From a virus: a DNA stretch of 64,000 nucleotides. The stretch is taken from IMG/VR virus record IMGVR_UViG_3300037231_000119, positions 64,001-128,000 of that record; one strand, 5' to 3'. This document shows, piece by piece, positions 9,188 through 17,667 of the stretch; position 1 is the first letter of the stretch, and each line of letters opens with the position of its first letter. A program made the translations under genes and the position numbers. The notes under the pieces were generated by a model. That model worked only from the letters and a program-made list of their open reading frames with translations, did not search any database and had not been told where the DNA came from.

Positions 9188-9415
9188 TTAATTCTTTGGG
9201 GGTTTTACTGGAGCGCCTGATTGAGGGTCCTTCACTCTGCCTTCCAACATGGAGACGAACCTGATATCTTCTGGATCGTTCGGATTTACCCATTTCATTT
9301 GCGACTTACTTGATAATCCGCCCGGTGGGATAGGGGTTTTTGCAACATGGACAGTAGTATGTTTGGAGGGTAATTTAGCTGCTGAGGGTAGTCCTGCTAC
9401 CCCACCGCTTTTGGG
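9188..9415 (-). other. Probable programmed -1 frameshift (C CCA AAA, 9409-9415) giving a 73-aa C-terminal extension to 9397..11775
   Basis: In-frame X XXY YYZ heptamer; hairpin GGGGTAG-cagga-CTACCCT 5 nt downstream; -1 frame closed by TGA just before the heptamer and open to TAA at 9188-9190. Confidence 0.75.
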
Positions 9416-11775
9416 TCACTCTGACCCTCCGCTTTCGGTCCATCTGGCGCACCGGATTGTGTAGCTTCCGCGACCGCACCCGGATCCTGAGGTGCATCTG
9501 AACTCATCTTAGGCTCGAGACCTAAGAGTTTGCACAGCTCGATCATGGCCTTAAGCATCTGGATCGTGCTTTGGTAAAGTCCGGGACTTTGATCTTTAGC
9601 CTCTTCTAGGAATGCCTTATTTGCCTTAAATCCCTGTAACGTTTGGGATACTTGATCTATAACCTGCGCCCTCTTTTGTTCCTGCGCGTGGTCATCTAAA
9701 CCACCCTGGAGAACTCCAGCCATATCTGGTTCATCCTGGCCATCTTCAGCCATCGGATCTTGTCCCGATTCTTGTCCCAATTCTCCATTTTGTCCCGATT
9801 CCTGAGCCATCTGATCCGCATCGCCCTGTGTACCTTGATAGTCTGGAGAGGCCATACGATCGATCGGACCTTCTTCTCCGCCTTGACTTCCAGGGCAATC
9901 TGGACAGTTACATTCATGGTCGCTATTCTGCATGTCCTTTTCAGCATCTGAAACGTTATTCTTTTGCTTATCGCCAAAGTTTTCGGGGACAGAGGCCCCC
10001 TCTTCCATCTCGTCGCCTTGAGGAAGTTCAGTATTGTCAATCTTTTTAGCTTCAGCCTCAGGAGTTTGGTCACCCTCTCCTGGCTTCTGATCCAATAGGT
10101 CTAAAACTTCTTCAGCCGTTTCATGTCCTTGTAGATTGGGATCTTCTTGGCCAGTTTGATCTGGCTGCTCTTCGATAGCGTCCCCATACATCTCTTGGCA
10201 CTGCGGACAGTTGTCTGGTTGCTCGGCAGACATATCTTGGACACCCAAAGCGGTCGCATCATGTTTTGGGCAATTCGGGCAGTTACAAATATGGTCTACG
10301 TCTTGTCCTTCGGGAGTCCCAGCTTGAGCTTCTCCAACGGTTTCGGATTCACAATAAGGGCAACCATCTACGCCGCCAGCCTCATCGGGAGTATCTTGGC
10401 AGTATGGGCAGTCATCCTCTTCCGAACTTTCCTGACAATATGGACAATCATCCGTATCTATCCCACCAGTATTTTGCTGGGAAGCATCGTATTCCTTACA
10501 AGCATCACAATCATGCATCCCAGCCGAACCATCCGCATTTTCTTGAGCATCCAAATCTTGGCAATAAGCACAGTCGTCCGTACGGTTATCTTCTTGATCA
10601 GGATTCTGAAAACCCTTGTCTTCTTTGTCGGCAGCTCCGTTATGGAAGCCCTCTTCATGCTTATGAAGATTATGGGTATGTTCAGACTTATACATCTCGG
10701 GCTTAGACATCCCCGCCTTGGAATCAGATCGTAGTTCTGATGCTGGATCGCTGTGTTGGTACGCAGCTCGACTATGTTGGTCAGCTATTTTAGAATGGAT
10801 ATCTCTATGTGCGGGATCCTTAGCTCTTTCTTTGCTACCGAACGCTCCTTGTTTTCCTTGATGAAAACGCCCCAGATCATTGTGAATTTTGGCCGCGTCG
10901 GCATGATCTTGCGGAGTGTATTTTAAAGTATTGGCAAACGCTTCAGATCGAAAATGAACCGGTTTCTTAGATTGGGTATGCCCCACAATATCGGAATCCT
11001 TGGGATGAACTGGTGCCGCATCCGAATCTGATTTATGAAGACCGCATGTATGTTCATACTTTACCATAGGCGCTGTAGTAGGTGCTGGGACTACGGTTAC
11101 CACGTGCCTCATTATGGCGCCATGTTTCTGATCTCTTTTATCCGCAGCACTATGTAAGCCCTTTTTACTTCCCACCGTTCCTTTATAGTGAAGAGTGCCG
11201 GTAGTGGGGCTATGAGAAGCTAAATGATATTTTTCGCCAGGCTTTAGATCTGGGGCGCCATAGAGACCGTGTTCACCTTCAGCTTTATGTAAATCGCACT
11301 TCATATTTTCGCTCTTTTCCAGATAAGCATCCGCAAGCTTCATCTCTTCTTGATTGGCAGTTTTAGCCTTAACTTTTTCGCGCATTTTATCAATGCCCTT
11401 TTCTACTTTAGGTCCATACCAAACCGTCTTATTCTTACCTGTAGCTTTGGCGTAGAGGAGACTTCTACCCGCTTCAGACAAGTCCTTACCAATACCAACT
11501 GAAATATTTAAGTCGGTGGCCTCGTAGTACTTACTTCTTAGCTCTTCCACATCTTTAGCGGCTTCAAACGGGATGCGAAAACTCCCCTCATCTCCACCAC
11601 CAGAAATTCTTTTACCACCACGCTCTGATACCCACTGATTAACGATCTCGTGACCCAAATCGATCTTGGCCGAGATATTGTGGAGAGCCTTCTCATCATT
11701 TGCAATGATGGCCTTACCGCACTGGCGACCAGCACCGTCCGCATCATAAGTAAGTCTGAGCATGGGCTTACTCAT
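9397..11775 (-). CDS. Putative head polyprotein: N-terminal mCpol (minimal CRISPR polymerase)-like domain, His-rich modules, acidic CxxC-repeat region
   Basis: YDADGAG...GGKRISGGGDEG...ISVGIG...A..SLLYAKATGKN; LEKSE, LHKAE, LHKSD, MYKSE; eight CxxC units. Confidence 0.7.
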   Translation of the reverse strand: MSKPMLRLTYDADGAGRQCGKAIIANDEKALHNISAKIDLGHEIVNQWVSERGGKRISGGGDEGSFRIPFEAAKDVEELRSKYYEATDLNISVGIGKDLSEAGRSLLYAKATGKNKTVWYGPKVEKGIDKMREKVKAKTANQEEMKLADAYLEKSENMKCDLHKAEGEHGLYGAPDLKPGEKYHLASHSPTTGTLHYKGTVGSKKGLHSAADKRDQKHGAIMRHVVTVVPAPTTAPMVKYEHTCGLHKSDSDAAPVHPKDSDIVGHTQSKKPVHFRSEAFANTLKYTPQDHADAAKIHNDLGRFHQGKQGAFGSKERAKDPAHRDIHSKIADQHSRAAYQHSDPASELRSDSKAGMSKPEMYKSEHTHNLHKHEEGFHNGAADKEDKGFQNPDQEDNRTDDCAYCQDLDAQENADGSAGMHDCDACKEYDASQQNTGGIDTDDCPYCQESSEEDDCPYCQDTPDEAGGVDGCPYCESETVGEAQAGTPEGQDVDHICNCPNCPKHDATALGVQDMSAEQPDNCPQCQEMYGDAIEEQPDQTGQEDPNLQGHETAEEVLDLLDQKPGEGDQTPEAEAKKIDNTELPQGDEMEEGASVPENFGDKQKNNVSDAEKDMQNSDHECNCPDCPGSQGGEEGPIDRMASPDYQGTQGDADQMAQESGQNGELGQESGQDPMAEDGQDEPDMAGVLQGGLDDHAQEQKRAQVIDQVSQTLQGFKANKAFLEEAKDQSPGLYQSTIQMLKAMIELCKLLGLEPKMSSDAPQDPGAVAEATQSGAPDGPKAEGQSDPKAVG

Positions 11776-12689
11776 TTACGCCCTCTCAATACTTCTAGCA
11801 ACATTTCGATATTAGATTCATCCCAGCCACGACTAAAACGGAGCTGTACGCCATCCTGAGATTTTTTAAGCCAAATCTTTCTATGCTGATCCTGACCGAA
11901 ACATAGACAGCCGCTGTAGCCCGCAGTCTCACCGAATATGGTTTGTCCGCAGTCATTACAGGAAATCATTTCCGATTTGGCCATTTCAACTTTGAACTCT
12001 CTTGGTTTCTTCTTCCGTTCCAAGAACCCTTTGAGGGGAGATCCCTTTTTAGGGGACTCTTCTTTTTTGGTAATGTCGGAAGGCTTAACTTCGAGTGGCT
12101 TCGTCGTAATAGGGGGAATTGCGACGGAAGGTGTCGCAATACTAGGAGCTTTCATAGCCTCATTCAACTTAGCCATCATTAACTTATGAATAGCTTCTCT
12201 CTGCGCCATCTTATCTTCAACCACCCTGTTAACCAAAGAGTGAAGTTCCATACGTTCATCGATCAGCTTCTGAACCTTACGATCAATATCCTCTTCAACC
12301 TTCTTAGGCTTCGAGAGATCTTCCATGTCATAAAGCTCAAATGTTGAGAGTAGGATTAACCCCAATCCAGGGATAGAACGATTTTTAAAATCATATACCA
12401 ACTTATTATTATCGTAAACAGAGCCAGTGAAGTTGTCTGCGGAGTTTTTGTTAGCACTAACGTAAGCATTGGTACCAAATGGTAAGTGGATATCCTTATG
12501 AGAGTTTAGTTCCATTGGTTCCAGCTCAGAGATCAACATGGACATGACCGCTCTTGGTACGACCTTAAGACCAATCATGATCTCCATCGGATCCAAAACG
12601 GAATTGGACCCAATTTTATAGAGATCTGCCGACTTAGCGAGAGTCTCCAAAAACTGGTCATCTAAGATGTTAAGGAGATCGTTTTTCAT
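11772..12689 (-). CDS. Putative head-associated protein with C-terminal Cys cluster
   Basis: LAKSA, MAKSE, LKKSQ; CNDC..CLC; 4-nt overlap with the next gene. Confidence 0.6.
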   Translation of the reverse strand: MKNDLLNILDDQFLETLAKSADLYKIGSNSVLDPMEIMIGLKVVPRAVMSMLISELEPMELNSHKDIHLPFGTNAYVSANKNSADNFTGSVYDNNKLVYDFKNRSIPGLGLILLSTFELYDMEDLSKPKKVEEDIDRKVQKLIDERMELHSLVNRVVEDKMAQREAIHKLMMAKLNEAMKAPSIATPSVAIPPITTKPLEVKPSDITKKEESPKKGSPLKGFLERKKKPREFKVEMAKSEMISCNDCGQTIFGETAGYSGCLCFGQDQHRKIWLKKSQDGVQLRFSRGWDESNIEMLLEVLRGRK

Positions 12690-12692
12690 AGA

Positions 12693-13172
12693 TTATGAAT
12701 TGACAGGAGGAACAAACGATGGAAGAGGCTTTTGATTAATGAAGGCGCCGGTTTCTTGAATCAAGCGAGTTGGATCTTCCATTGCGTATACGAGTAGGGT
12801 AGCAGCCGAAGTGAATACGTACTGGTTGTTACCTGCCGAGATATATGTCCAGGCATTCGGGGGGCAGGCCACGCCAACATTACCATTCGCATCGGTAGCT
12901 CCAACTGCCAGAGAGGTAGTGGCTGAACCACCGATTGTAATCGATCCAACCGCTCCAGCATTATTGTAAATAGCTAGAATCATTCCCAATTGAGGCAAAA
13001 TCAACCCGGCCGATGCATTCGTTGTATACCCTCCGGAGATCTGAATTGGCAGGTATCTTGGCCCAACTATTAGGGATTTTTGTGCGCCCGAGGCTGGATT
13101 ATATAAAATCGATACAATATCGAGTCCAGAATTCAGGGAGTCATTGTTTACGACACGTTGATTTTTTGGCAT
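12693..13172 (-). CDS. Putative virion structural protein
   Basis: Beta-rich G/A/T/S composition; late motif at 13202-13210. Confidence 0.55.
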   Translation of the reverse strand: MPKNQRVVNNDSLNSGLDIVSILYNPASGAQKSLIVGPRYLPIQISGGYTTNASAGLILPQLGMILAIYNNAGAVGSITIGGSATTSLAVGATDANGNVGVACPPNAWTYISAGNNQYVFTSAATLLVYAMEDPTRLIQETGAFINQKPLPSFVPPVNS

Positions 13173-13201
13173 ATTTTATTCCTTAAGTACCTATATCACT
13201 A

Positions 13202-13210
13202 TAAGATTGG
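13202..13210 (-). promoter_or_regulatory. Putative late promoter CCAATCTTA(T)
   Basis: Exact motif upstream of the ATG at 13172. Confidence 0.7.
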
Positions 13211-13215
13211 AGGGG

Positions 13216-14172
13216 TTAATCGCCTGGTAGGCCATCCTCAGCGAATGAGGTCATATCGACTGAGATGGCACCTGGGCCCGGTTTGATGTTATCTAAGGGG
13301 GTTTGGACGGCCCTATTGGGAGTTGTGGACTGAGAGGTATTCTTAGGATCCCCTCTGTTTTGGCTATGCCACACGTACTCACGCTGAATAACGGCATAGT
13401 AGGCCAGTCTCTCTGGAACTCTAGCGCCACCTTCCGTAACATTCGTCATTCTGACCTCCTTCGGCAAAGAGACAACATAGTGAAACGCTTTATATAGGTA
13501 ACGTATTGAATATACTCGACCTTTTCCCGTCTGTGGGTTTATGCCAGGATTTGATCCACCTGGGAGCCAATTGATATTACCAAGCGCGTCAATGCAAAAA
13601 TCTAATCCCTGTACATACGAAATGTTTCGACTATCGATAATCGGCAATTCTAGTTCAACTACCGGAAACATGGTTACATTTGGACCCACTTCGTAGGTCA
13701 TTTTTTGACTCCAGGAGACCTTGACGTTTGCATTTGGATCCGACACGTAGAAACGATCGCCTACATCCAAATAGATACGCTTCCCGTCATTTACTGAATT
13801 GGTATTCAAAGATCCTGCCACCGATTTTGTCGTATTGTAAAAACGAGGCAAAATAAGCCTACTTACAGAGGGGTCTACTTGGCCGCCCTCACTTCTATGC
13901 CTATCCGTAGTATTGTCGGTCTCACAACCAGTAAAAACACCAGCACAAATGTAGAGCATTCCGTTAGCAGTAAGAACGTCCAATCCGTCTCTCCTATAAT
14001 CGCCACGATCGTTTAGGCCAATAGGAGAGGGGATGGACTTCCAATGAGTATAGTCTATACCGGAACTAGTTACAAAGAAGTCATCTTTATTAATGTCAAA
14101 AGAGTGCTGCCCTACTGGGCAATAGGAGGAGATGTCTTGAATTTGTTCCCCGACAGGAGTTCTATTACTCAT
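13216..14172 (-). CDS. Putative head-closure/neck protein
   Basis: DRF, Y.QG.DF, INWL, YSIRY..HYVV.LPKEVR pattern resembling neck proteins of large myoviruses; synteny. Confidence 0.55.
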   Translation of the reverse strand: MSNRTPVGEQIQDISSYCPVGQHSFDINKDDFFVTSSGIDYTHWKSIPSPIGLNDRGDYRRDGLDVLTANGMLYICAGVFTGCETDNTTDRHRSEGGQVDPSVSRLILPRFYNTTKSVAGSLNTNSVNDGKRIYLDVGDRFYVSDPNANVKVSWSQKMTYEVGPNVTMFPVVELELPIIDSRNISYVQGLDFCIDALGNINWLPGGSNPGINPQTGKGRVYSIRYLYKAFHYVVSLPKEVRMTNVTEGGARVPERLAYYAVIQREYVWHSQNRGDPKNTSQSTTPNRAVQTPLDNIKPGPGAISVDMTSFAEDGLPGD

Positions 14173-14521
14173 TTGACCGTCCTAAACATAGTTCGGATAG
14201 CTCCGATAGCCTATTATCAGTGTTGGAATGGAGTCTAGCCAAACCCTTAATCACCTCATTGATATTGAGCGCCTTCTTTATCTTTTCGACTCGTCTTTCG
14301 AATTTGAGACCATCGAGTCTATTATTTGGATTGACGTGAATATCACCACTAAAGCCCTGACCCATTACAGCCATGATCTCTATCTGTTTCAAAAACGAAG
14401 CGATCTTTGGATCAAGAGGGTCATAGTTAACTTGAATCTTAGTAGCCCCCTCGATCTGCCTTACTAATGGCTTATCGATATTAAACTCAATCTCTTCGTT
14501 TCCAATGATCTTAATGCACAT
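14165..14521 (-). CDS. Hypothetical protein
   Basis: 118 aa, overlapping both neighbours. Confidence 0.65.
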   Translation of the reverse strand: MCIKIIGNEEIEFNIDKPLVRQIEGATKIQVNYDPLDPKIASFLKQIEIMAVMGQGFSGDIHVNPNNRLDGLKFERRVEKIKKALNINEVIKGLARLHSNTDNRLSELSELCLGRSNE

Positions 14522-15015
14522 TACGAGATCCTAGCTTTCTTGAGACCTGAAGAGAGGGCTTTCTCGGAAACCGCACCACTCATAGCATGGACGAACTCTT
14601 TAGGGACTTCCAAAGACTGAAGGCAGAGAGAATTACCATGGATAGCGCCATTAGCAGATCCAACTTTGATATTCTGCTTGGTGATATAGAAATCGACATT
14701 TGCACCGTTTTGTACACTATATATGTCGTGACCAGACTTACGAAGATCATCTGAAAGAAAATGGGAATGACTCTCAGCTTGAAGCTTCAGACCTTCCGAT
14801 TTCATGATGGCTGGCTGGAAAGAATTATAGCGCTGTTCAATCGTATAGCATAGTATAGCCTGATGCGAAGCTGCTCCAAGAACCTCTTCCTCACCCTTAG
14901 CCCCAACTTTGGTTGCTAGGCAAAGCCCACCCTTCAATTTTATGAGGCTTACCTGCTTACCGTCCATAACTCCAAAAGGCTCTTTTGATGCAATCTGATC
15001 GTCTTCTATTTTCAT
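14521..15015 (-). CDS. Hypothetical head-associated protein (start revised to ATG 15015)
   Basis: MKIEDDQ start lies right after the upstream stop; IMKSE and LRKSG motifs. Confidence 0.6.
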   Translation of the reverse strand: MKIEDDQIASKEPFGVMDGKQVSLIKLKGGLCLATKVGAKGEEEVLGAASHQAILCYTIEQRYNSFQPAIMKSEGLKLQAESHSHFLSDDLRKSGHDIYSVQNGANVDFYITKQNIKVGSANGAIHGNSLCLQSLEVPKEFVHAMSGAVSEKALSSGLKKARIS

Positions 15016-15016
15016 A

Positions 15017-16660
15017 TTATTTCTCTTTTCCGTAGGCTTCTCTGACTTTTGCAACGTGCCAGTGATTTTTGATATCCTGTTTATTTTTTAAAGCGCCTTT
15101 TGTTCCCTGAATTCCATTCAGCCACCCATAGGCTAAATTGTCTGGATTGTTACCCAATACATGCTCCATATGGGATAGGTGCCTATCAGCGATGGTGTTT
15201 TCGAGACCCTTATGGTCGTTCATATAATTATGAAGCTGTTGACCCTTAAGCGCTAAAGCCTTGCCATGTTTTGAGGCCAAATCTTTATGGCCTTTGATAG
15301 TCTCTCTAATAGTTTCTGGCATCAATCCATAGGCGCCATACGCATGCTCAGCCCCATGAATTGGTCCACCACCTGCGGCATGATTCGTGTTTTTTCCACC
15401 ACTCGACTCAACAGAGGCGATAGCCCTAAGCATCTTAGCGTGGTCATAGTTTGATTTAGGTTGGGCGTGTTGAATGCTGGCAGGAGACCGATTTCCAGCA
15501 TCTGTTTGAGGAGCAGATCCAGCTAAGGCGCCAGCCATACCAAGTGCAATACCGGCATTTTTGAGTGCGCCTTTTTCCAAAGACTCGCTTTTATCAAAAT
15601 CTGGATTGTTAAGTCTAGCTCTAGCCTCTGAAAGATAGTTCGGACTTCCAGGCTTAGATTTCATTTTATTCTTTATTGGAGCCATTCTTTCAGCTTCGAG
15701 ATGCTCTAATTGCTGTCCCGACTCTCTCTTTATATCTTTAGCATGGCTGATATTTTTTGATCTGGATTGTTGAGAAGCCATCACGGAATTAAGCTCATCA
15801 CCTGCATTACCGGCCTTCGCTTTATTGGGACTAAGAGCGGCTATGCCCATAAGAGCGCCAGCGGTTTTTTCTTTCCAGCCCTTGTGGAGTTCACATTCTC
15901 CCTTACTCACTTTCTCAGGCAACTTCTTTCCCTTGGTCGCCTCATCCCATTCATGGACACCAGCTTCACCACCTAGAGCTTTTTCTCCATTAGGGGTGTG
16001 CGCCCATCTCTCTTGTGCTAGACTTTCGTAAGGCTTGGCCAATGGCTTCTTACCGAGAACATTTTCAGCTTTAGTAACCGGCACATTCACCTTAGCCGTA
16101 AAATCCGAATGATCCGGAAACTTGGGTTCGGCAGTATCGGCTTCGTGATGGTAAGTTTTGATAGTTTTGGGGCCCTTATTGAGAACTGCATTTCCAAAAG
16201 ACAATCCGGCTTCATGGGCCGTTTTTGCACCGGAAGATTTAATTTTATCCCAAGTACCTTTATCAACACTCACATGCGGAGACCATTCAAATTTTGAAGG
16301 GTGGCCCATATGAGCAAACTTTCCATTGTGCTCCTTCATCTTATCGGCCGAGTTCCCCTTTAATTTGACGACAAATACGTCGTTCCCATTACGATCTTTA
16401 AACTGGGCAGGCTCTATTTGCGTATTTTTAGCATCAGGGGGATTTAGTGGGAGATGTTGGGCCAAATCATGAATGGAGTGAAGATGGTCCTTTTCTTTAT
16501 TGAATTCTTTCAGACTAGCGTGATATCCAATGTTATTATCGGGCCTGTGAGTTTGGCCGTTGATCTTTACGGGATAGCCAAGAAGGATTCCCTCTGAGGC
16601 TAGTTTCGCATAACCGGCAGGATCTTCTTTTTTGTGGAGGTTAGGCGCATTTTTTGACAT
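15017..16660 (-). CDS. Putative head polyprotein: Acb1-like 2H phosphodiesterase, small modules, two hydrophobic segments, lytic transglycosylase (SLT-like)
   Basis: YHASL and PHVSV 82 aa apart; AIASVESSGG..AYGAYGLMPET..AYGWLNG; VTKAE, VSKGE, LHKGW, FDKSE, LEKGA. Confidence 0.75.
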   Translation of the reverse strand: MSKNAPNLHKKEDPAGYAKLASEGILLGYPVKINGQTHRPDNNIGYHASLKEFNKEKDHLHSIHDLAQHLPLNPPDAKNTQIEPAQFKDRNGNDVFVVKLKGNSADKMKEHNGKFAHMGHPSKFEWSPHVSVDKGTWDKIKSSGAKTAHEAGLSFGNAVLNKGPKTIKTYHHEADTAEPKFPDHSDFTAKVNVPVTKAENVLGKKPLAKPYESLAQERWAHTPNGEKALGGEAGVHEWDEATKGKKLPEKVSKGECELHKGWKEKTAGALMGIAALSPNKAKAGNAGDELNSVMASQQSRSKNISHAKDIKRESGQQLEHLEAERMAPIKNKMKSKPGSPNYLSEARARLNNPDFDKSESLEKGALKNAGIALGMAGALAGSAPQTDAGNRSPASIQHAQPKSNYDHAKMLRAIASVESSGGKNTNHAAGGGPIHGAEHAYGAYGLMPETIRETIKGHKDLASKHGKALALKGQQLHNYMNDHKGLENTIADRHLSHMEHVLGNNPDNLAYGWLNGIQGTKGALKNKQDIKNHWHVAKVREAYGKEK

Positions 16661-17648
16661 CTGCCCCTCCTAAGAAATCTAGGCAACGTTGAATGCAGGA
16701 TTGTTTATCTAAATCCCAGTCCACCTCTTTGATATGGAGGATTTTAATGTCCTTAGTCGCAAAATGAGCATCCTTAAGGTCGTGGTAATTATAGACGTCT
16801 TCGTCTGGCCAATGTTTACGCGACCTTTTTAGGCCCTTAAAGGAATGATGATAGGTGCCATCAAATTCTATGCCAAGTTTTAGCTCTGGAACGTAGATAT
16901 CTATATCAAAACGTTTAATATGAGGTTTCCCCTCTATGCTAACTTTAGAACGTAACGTATTAGCGGTAGGAAAAAACGCTTTGACGTTATCCGAAAGCTC
17001 TTTCTCTTTAAGGGAAATGCTTCTTGATTTTTTCATATGTGAACATACAATATCCAGTATACCCAAATTTCTCGCTGCATCCCAGGCACCCGCCCCATAT
17101 TTTTTAAATTCCCCACGACTATTGTATTTTAGAGCCTCTTGATGGATCTTTTCTACCGTATCCCATTTGACTTCCCACAGGGGGGTCATATGAACACAAA
17201 AATCTTCTATTATTCCCTGCCTGTGCATCGCGCTATAAACACCCGGATGTAAATCTCTAAGTTGCTCTTTACTATTGCAAGTAAGTGCTATGCGCTTAAG
17301 ATCTTCTAGGGAATAAGCCTCATTGCACTTTTCGCCCATAAAGGCGCAAATATCGTCAAGCCACCCCATTCTTTGAGCTTTGTCGTAAGCTCCTGCACTG
17401 CCCCTAGCAAAAGAAGTTCTATCGGCATAATTATATGCTTCTTTTTGTACTTCCTCAAAAGTCTCCCATTTAGGTTCCCATAAGACTTCCATATGGGAGC
17501 AAATCCTGTCTAAAAATTCGGGACCTTTTCGCCAAGCTGCCTTATAAGCCGCATTACTATATTTTTGAAAATCAATACGGCTAAGATATTTGAGAGCTTC
17601 CGCCCTCAATTCTTCTGGTGTCCATCTGTGCCGTTTTTTAACGCTCAT
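16641..17648 (-). CDS. Homing-endonuclease-like protein: helical repeats plus Vsr-like nuclease
   Basis: W..E...EALKY.SR..F....AY..A...LD.ICSHM repeats; FDIDIYVPELKLGIEFDGTYHH; upstream TTGTAA-N17-TAGTAT. Confidence 0.75.
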   Translation of the reverse strand: MSVKKRHRWTPEELRAEALKYLSRIDFQKYSNAAYKAAWRKGPEFLDRICSHMEVLWEPKWETFEEVQKEAYNYADRTSFARGSAGAYDKAQRMGWLDDICAFMGEKCNEAYSLEDLKRIALTCNSKEQLRDLHPGVYSAMHRQGIIEDFCVHMTPLWEVKWDTVEKIHQEALKYNSRGEFKKYGAGAWDAARNLGILDIVCSHMKKSRSISLKEKELSDNVKAFFPTANTLRSKVSIEGKPHIKRFDIDIYVPELKLGIEFDGTYHHSFKGLKRSRKHWPDEDVYNYHDLKDAHFATKDIKILHIKEVDWDLDKQSCIQRCLDFLGGADVKKCA

Positions 17649-17667
17649 ATAGCAAATACTACCATAG

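Noticed and set aside
9297-9399. TAG read-through or stop-codon reassignment at the end of the 792-aa protein
   Set aside because: Read-through adds only ~33 codons. The -1 frame fills the gap and has a slippery site and hairpin. Other genes are intact under the standard code, and many end in TAG.
11413-11775. Cas10 or a diguanylate cyclase (GGGDEG motif)
   Set aside because: Only ~120 aa, no cas genes, HD domain or sensor domains; the layout fits mCpol better.
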